This document shows positions 7,400 through 10,926 of a stretch of 10,926 nucleotides of DNA, piece by piece (the first letter of the stretch is position 1; every line of letters begins with the position of its first letter). This stretch comes from Octopus sinensis (taxonomy: Eukaryota). The position numbers were made by a program, and so were the translations under genes. The notes beneath the pieces are model-generated. The model was not told the DNA's origin, made no database searches, and saw only the letters and a program-made list of their open reading frames with translations. Where the stretch lies: the NCBI RefSeq assembly GCF_006345805.1, contig NW_021827094.1, forward strand, positions 1 through 10,926. The letters run 5' to 3'.

Positions 7400-7655
7400 A
7401 AATAAGTATATATCTAAATTCTGTACGACTTTCTCCTTTCTTTCCTCTTTTCGTTTTCTCGCTCCCTCTCTTTCACTTTCTTGGCATTCTTTTCCTTTCC
7501 ATTTTCCTTTTCTCGCCCCTCTCTCACATTTCTTGACATTCTCTTTCTTCAATCTCTCTACTTTTCTCTGTTATCACCTTGTACATTCCCCCTCTCTCTC
7601 TCTAGTTCCTTTCCTTATTCTTCAATCCTTCTGCTCCCTACCTCGCTCTATTCCT
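7400..7655. repeat. Polypyrimidine (CT-rich) low-complexity tract
   Basis: Direct reading. It explains the F/S/L-rich and E/R/K-rich ORFs. Confidence 0.85.
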
Positions 7656-7949
7656 GCTACGTGACCGGTGCTCGGCCAAGCATGATCCTTCTTTCTTGGC
7701 CTGACCGTCGCTCGCACAACACCTTATTTTCCTGTCTCCTAACTTTCCTCTATGTTTGTTGCTGCAAGGCTTCCAGCTTAACTTATCTTGTTTTTTTTTT
7801 AGTCGAAAGACGCTTGTTGTTATTCGTGTTTGTATTTGTAATCGAGTAACAGTTTCTCCGTTTTCTTGTGTTGTTGTCCGTGTTGTCATACTTATTCGCC
7901 CGCTTTCTTCCAAAAATCTAATGCCCTTAGCTTAGATTTTTGGGGCCCA

Positions 7950-8001
7950 CCAATTTTGAATAGCCTCAAGTGTAATAGGTCGAAACTGCAGTGATAATCG
8001 G
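7950..8001 (+). ncRNA. Decayed minimal hammerhead-like motif, probably in a PLE terminal remnant (~7660-8110)
   Basis: CCAATT | TTGAATA (CTGAAGA with 2 changes) | G[A lost]CCT-loop-AGGTC | GAAA | palindrome ACTGCAGT (7985-7992) | ..AATCGG. The helix I register is imperfect. Confidence 0.45.
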
Positions 8002-8111
8002 AAGCTTGACTGATGAATAGAAAGCCACGAATGTTACGTCCTGGTTTTCCTGTCCATCTGTCCGCATGTTTTCATTGCCGTGCGTTACGTTCTTGTTCCG
8101 TTTTGGGGATT

Positions 8112-8216
8112 TATATACATACACACACACACACACACACATACATACATACATACATACATACATACATACATACATACATACATACATACATACATAC
8201 ATACATGCATACATGC

Positions 8217-8251
<35 letters not shown>

Positions 8252-8256
8252 TATAT
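8112..8256. repeat. (CA)n(TACA)n(TA)n compound microsatellite
   Basis: Direct reading; source of the HTYI/MYVC ORFs. Confidence 0.97.
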
Positions 8257-8372
8257 ACGACGGGCTTCCAGTTTCCGTTTACCTAATCCACTCACAAGGC
8301 TTTGGTTGGCCCGAGGCTATAGAAGAAGACACTTGCCCAAGGTGCAACGCAGTAGGACTGAACCCAGAACCA
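8257..8372 (-). mobile_element. 5'-truncated SINE head with CORE-like segment (OR2-like)
   Basis: Minus strand: GGGTTCAGTCC (B-box-like), then CACCTTGGGCAAGTGTCTTCT (resembles the CORE motif CCTTGGGCAAGTCACTT), ending ..AAGCCCGTCGTA into TA repeats. Confidence 0.8.
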
Positions 8373-8539
8373 GATATATATATGTGTGTGTGTGTTCGTT
8401 CTCCACCACTGCTTTACAACCGGTGGTGGTGTGTTTGCATGCTCATAACTTTTGGCATAATGATACAGATAGAATAAGTATTAGGCTTCAAAAAATAAGT
8501 CCTAGGGTCGATTTGTTCGACTAAAACCTTTCAGATGTG
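8373..8539 (+). mobile_element. SINE body (TA/TG spacer plus 3' body)
   Basis: ..ACAACCGGTGGTGGTGTGTTT..GATAGAATAAGTATTAGGCTT..AATAAGTCCTAGGGTCGATTTGTTCGACTAAA is homologous to the reverse complement of 7253-7374. Confidence 0.8.
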
Positions 8540-8939
8540 TTAGTGTGTGATAGTCTGTAGTTTAAAAAAAAGTTGGAAGCAGCACAATAGAATGTTCAAA
8601 GTTTGTTTTATATTTGTTACAATGAGTATATTTTTATAAGATATTACCGCCTTCGATGTGCGTAACCATCTAATAAGAACTGAAAGTAAAAAATCAGGGA
8701 ATATGAAACAATTGGAAGTAAAAACTTTGTTCTTATAATTTGTGCACAGTTAGCTACTCGCAAAATATGAGAACAAACTATTGTTAATTTTTTACATTTG
8801 ATAAGATATACATACACATCGAAAGCGATAATATTTTGTAGAAAGTCACTCGATGCAATAAAATATTAAACAATCTTTAGTTATACTTTATATTTTTTAA
8901 CTATCATTTTTGATTTATAAGGATTTTTAAGCCCTTCTT

Positions 8940-9231
8940 TAACTATATGTATATATATTATATATAATATATATATATATATTATATTATATATATATAT
9001 ATATATACATGGTGTTTTTTTACGGCTAAACTGTGTTCGAAATATACCTGCCTGTCTGTAAAATACCACAGGCCTGAGTCGGGACACACACAACACACGC
9101 ACACATATATGTGTGTGTATATGTTATGTATATATATATACCATATATATGTATATTATATATATATATATATTATATATATATATATATATATATGAGT
9201 GTATGTACTTATGTATGTATATGTATATATT

Positions 9232-9274
<43 letters not shown>

Positions 9275-9480
9275 TGTATATATATAAACACACACACATA
9301 CACACCACCCACATATATATATATATATATGTATAGATATACGTATTCTTTTACTTGCTTCTGTAAGCGTAGTATATATTCTATGTTCCCTTTACATATG
9401 TGTATGTGTGTGTATATATATACATATATATCTTTCGTCGATGTAGTACATACAATGCATCGATGCATGTCTTTGTGCAA
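8940..9480. repeat. Cluster of (TA)n, (CA)n and (TATG)n tracts
   Basis: Direct reading, with short unique spacers. Confidence 0.9.
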
Positions 9481-9644
9481 AAGTGCATATATTTAGTTAC
9501 TTAATTTTTAAGACTATTTAAATCAAGTCGGTTACCATTCTGCTGGAGCATCGATTTCATATGTTTAAGCGAGTAGTGTCATGAATAAACGCAACACCCT
9601 CTATCTGCTTAGTTACTATTTTAGATACACACACACACAGAAAT

Positions 9645-9741
9645 AAGGTTACATTAGAAGATATTTGATCAAGGTGCCGCGCAGAGGGACTGAACTCGGG
9701 ATCATGTGGTTTGGAAGCAAATTAGCGATTACAACGCCTCC
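9645..9741 (-). mobile_element. Degenerate SINE head of the same family as 8257-8372
   Basis: AGAAGATATTTGATCAAGGTGCCGCGCAGAGGGACTGAAC aligns with AGAAGACACTTGCCCAAGGTGCAACGCAGTAGGACTGAAC at 8325-8363. Confidence 0.7.
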
Positions 9742-9804
<63 letters not shown>

Positions 9805-9960
9805 TGTATGCATGTGTGGTGTGTATGAATGTATATAAACAAAATCGAACGAAACATGCAGGTGTGCGTCTTTGTTAGTAAATAGGTGTATATATATATT
9901 ATATATATATATATATATATATTACATACATACATAGATATATTATATATATGTATATAT

Positions 9961-9992
<32 letters not shown>
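9742..9992. repeat. (TA)n tracts (~9742-9800 and ~9888-9992)
   Basis: Direct reading. Confidence 0.93.
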
Positions 9993-9993
<1 letters not shown>

Positions 9994-10356
9994 GAGGAGA
10001 GGAGAAGCATGCTTGTATATTGTATATTCATGCATAATATACAAATTTATGTGTGAATATGCATACAGGTATGTAAGATAGTACATGTGTATGAAATCAC
10101 ATCAGGCACGCACATGCGCTCTCATATTCTTTGAAACACCAGTAAACACATACGCATGTACGTACGCATACATAAATCTAGATACACACACGAAGGGAAT
10201 GAGGGAGAGAATGAGTAAAAAGAATTTCGAAAGAAATAAATAGAAGAAGAATGAAAAATAAACAGATATTATAATATAGATGCCACAAGAGTGGGAAGTA
10301 GGCGGGAAAGATTAAAGTATTTTGGCGAGAGATGGTTGTAAACAACGTTTGTATAG

Positions 10357-10446
<90 letters not shown>

Positions 10447-10454
10447 GTCTGTCA

Positions 10455-10505
<51 letters not shown>

Positions 10506-10576
10506 ATCTATCTATCTATCTATCTATCTATCTCTATCTATCTATCTATCTGTCTATCTGTCTGTCTGTCTATCTA

Positions 10577-10615
<39 letters not shown>

Positions 10616-10692
10616 GTCTATCTGTCCGTCTCTCTATCTGCGTATCTGTCTATCTGTCCGTCTCTCTCTGTCTGCGTATCTGTTTATCTCTC
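10357..10692. repeat. Compound (TCTA)n/(TCTG)n (GATA/GACA) tetranucleotide microsatellite
   Basis: Direct reading; source of the [11 protein letters not shown]. Confidence 0.97.
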
Positions 10693-10720
10693 TTTACAAA
10701 CACAAACACAACACACATGT

Positions 10721-10757
10721 GCATATATATATACAAATATATATATATATATATATA

Positions 10758-10812
<55 letters not shown>

Positions 10813-10861
10813 ATATATATATATATATTATAAATAAAATGTACATATACACATACATATA
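10721..10861. repeat. (TA)n tract
   Basis: Direct reading. Confidence 0.93.
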
Positions 10862-10926
10862 TGGGCGTATTTCTACATACCCATGTATGTGTGTGATTGT
10901 GTGCGTAAGTGCGGTTCTACGTACAT

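Noticed and set aside
7785-7825. TAGTCGAAAGACGC and, separately, TTCGAAATATACC (~9038-9050) as hammerhead remnants
   Set aside because: Only the GAAA half is present; the core and helices cannot be assembled.
8641-8720. Possible short exon in AT-rich unique sequence
   Set aside because: Splice signals are weak (TAAG acceptor, GTAAAA donor) and the peptide is not recognisable.
9525-9600. TGCTGGAGCATCG as a SINE body remnant
   Set aside because: Only about 12 nt resemble the 7253-7374 body, too little to call.
7966-10837. HTYI, YIYI and IYLS repeat ORFs
   Set aside because: They are translations of TACA, TA and TCTA microsatellites.

Overview
AT-rich eukaryotic non-coding DNA with no supportable host gene. 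The repeat families resemble cephalopod (Octopus-type) ones; this is my recognition, not a search result. The window is a patchwork of microsatellites and decayed retroelements: several tRNA-derived SINE pieces, two RTE-clade LINE reverse-transcriptase relics of different age, an R4/Dong-like 3' end inside (TAA)n, a Helitron-like 5' end, and about three Penelope-like (PLE) terminal remnants. The younger RTE relic is split by an intact SINE with a perfect 13-bp target-site duplication. The most notable signal is three unrelated minimal type I hammerhead ribozyme motifs, each with a palindromic helix III: 2414-2459 (+, one core substitution), 6778-6820 (-, decayed, just downstream of a CCAAT/GC/TATA cassette) and 7950-8001 (+, decayed). 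Apart from two ORFs in the RTE relic (5468-5920, 5869-6069), the supplied ORFs are low-complexity or incidental.
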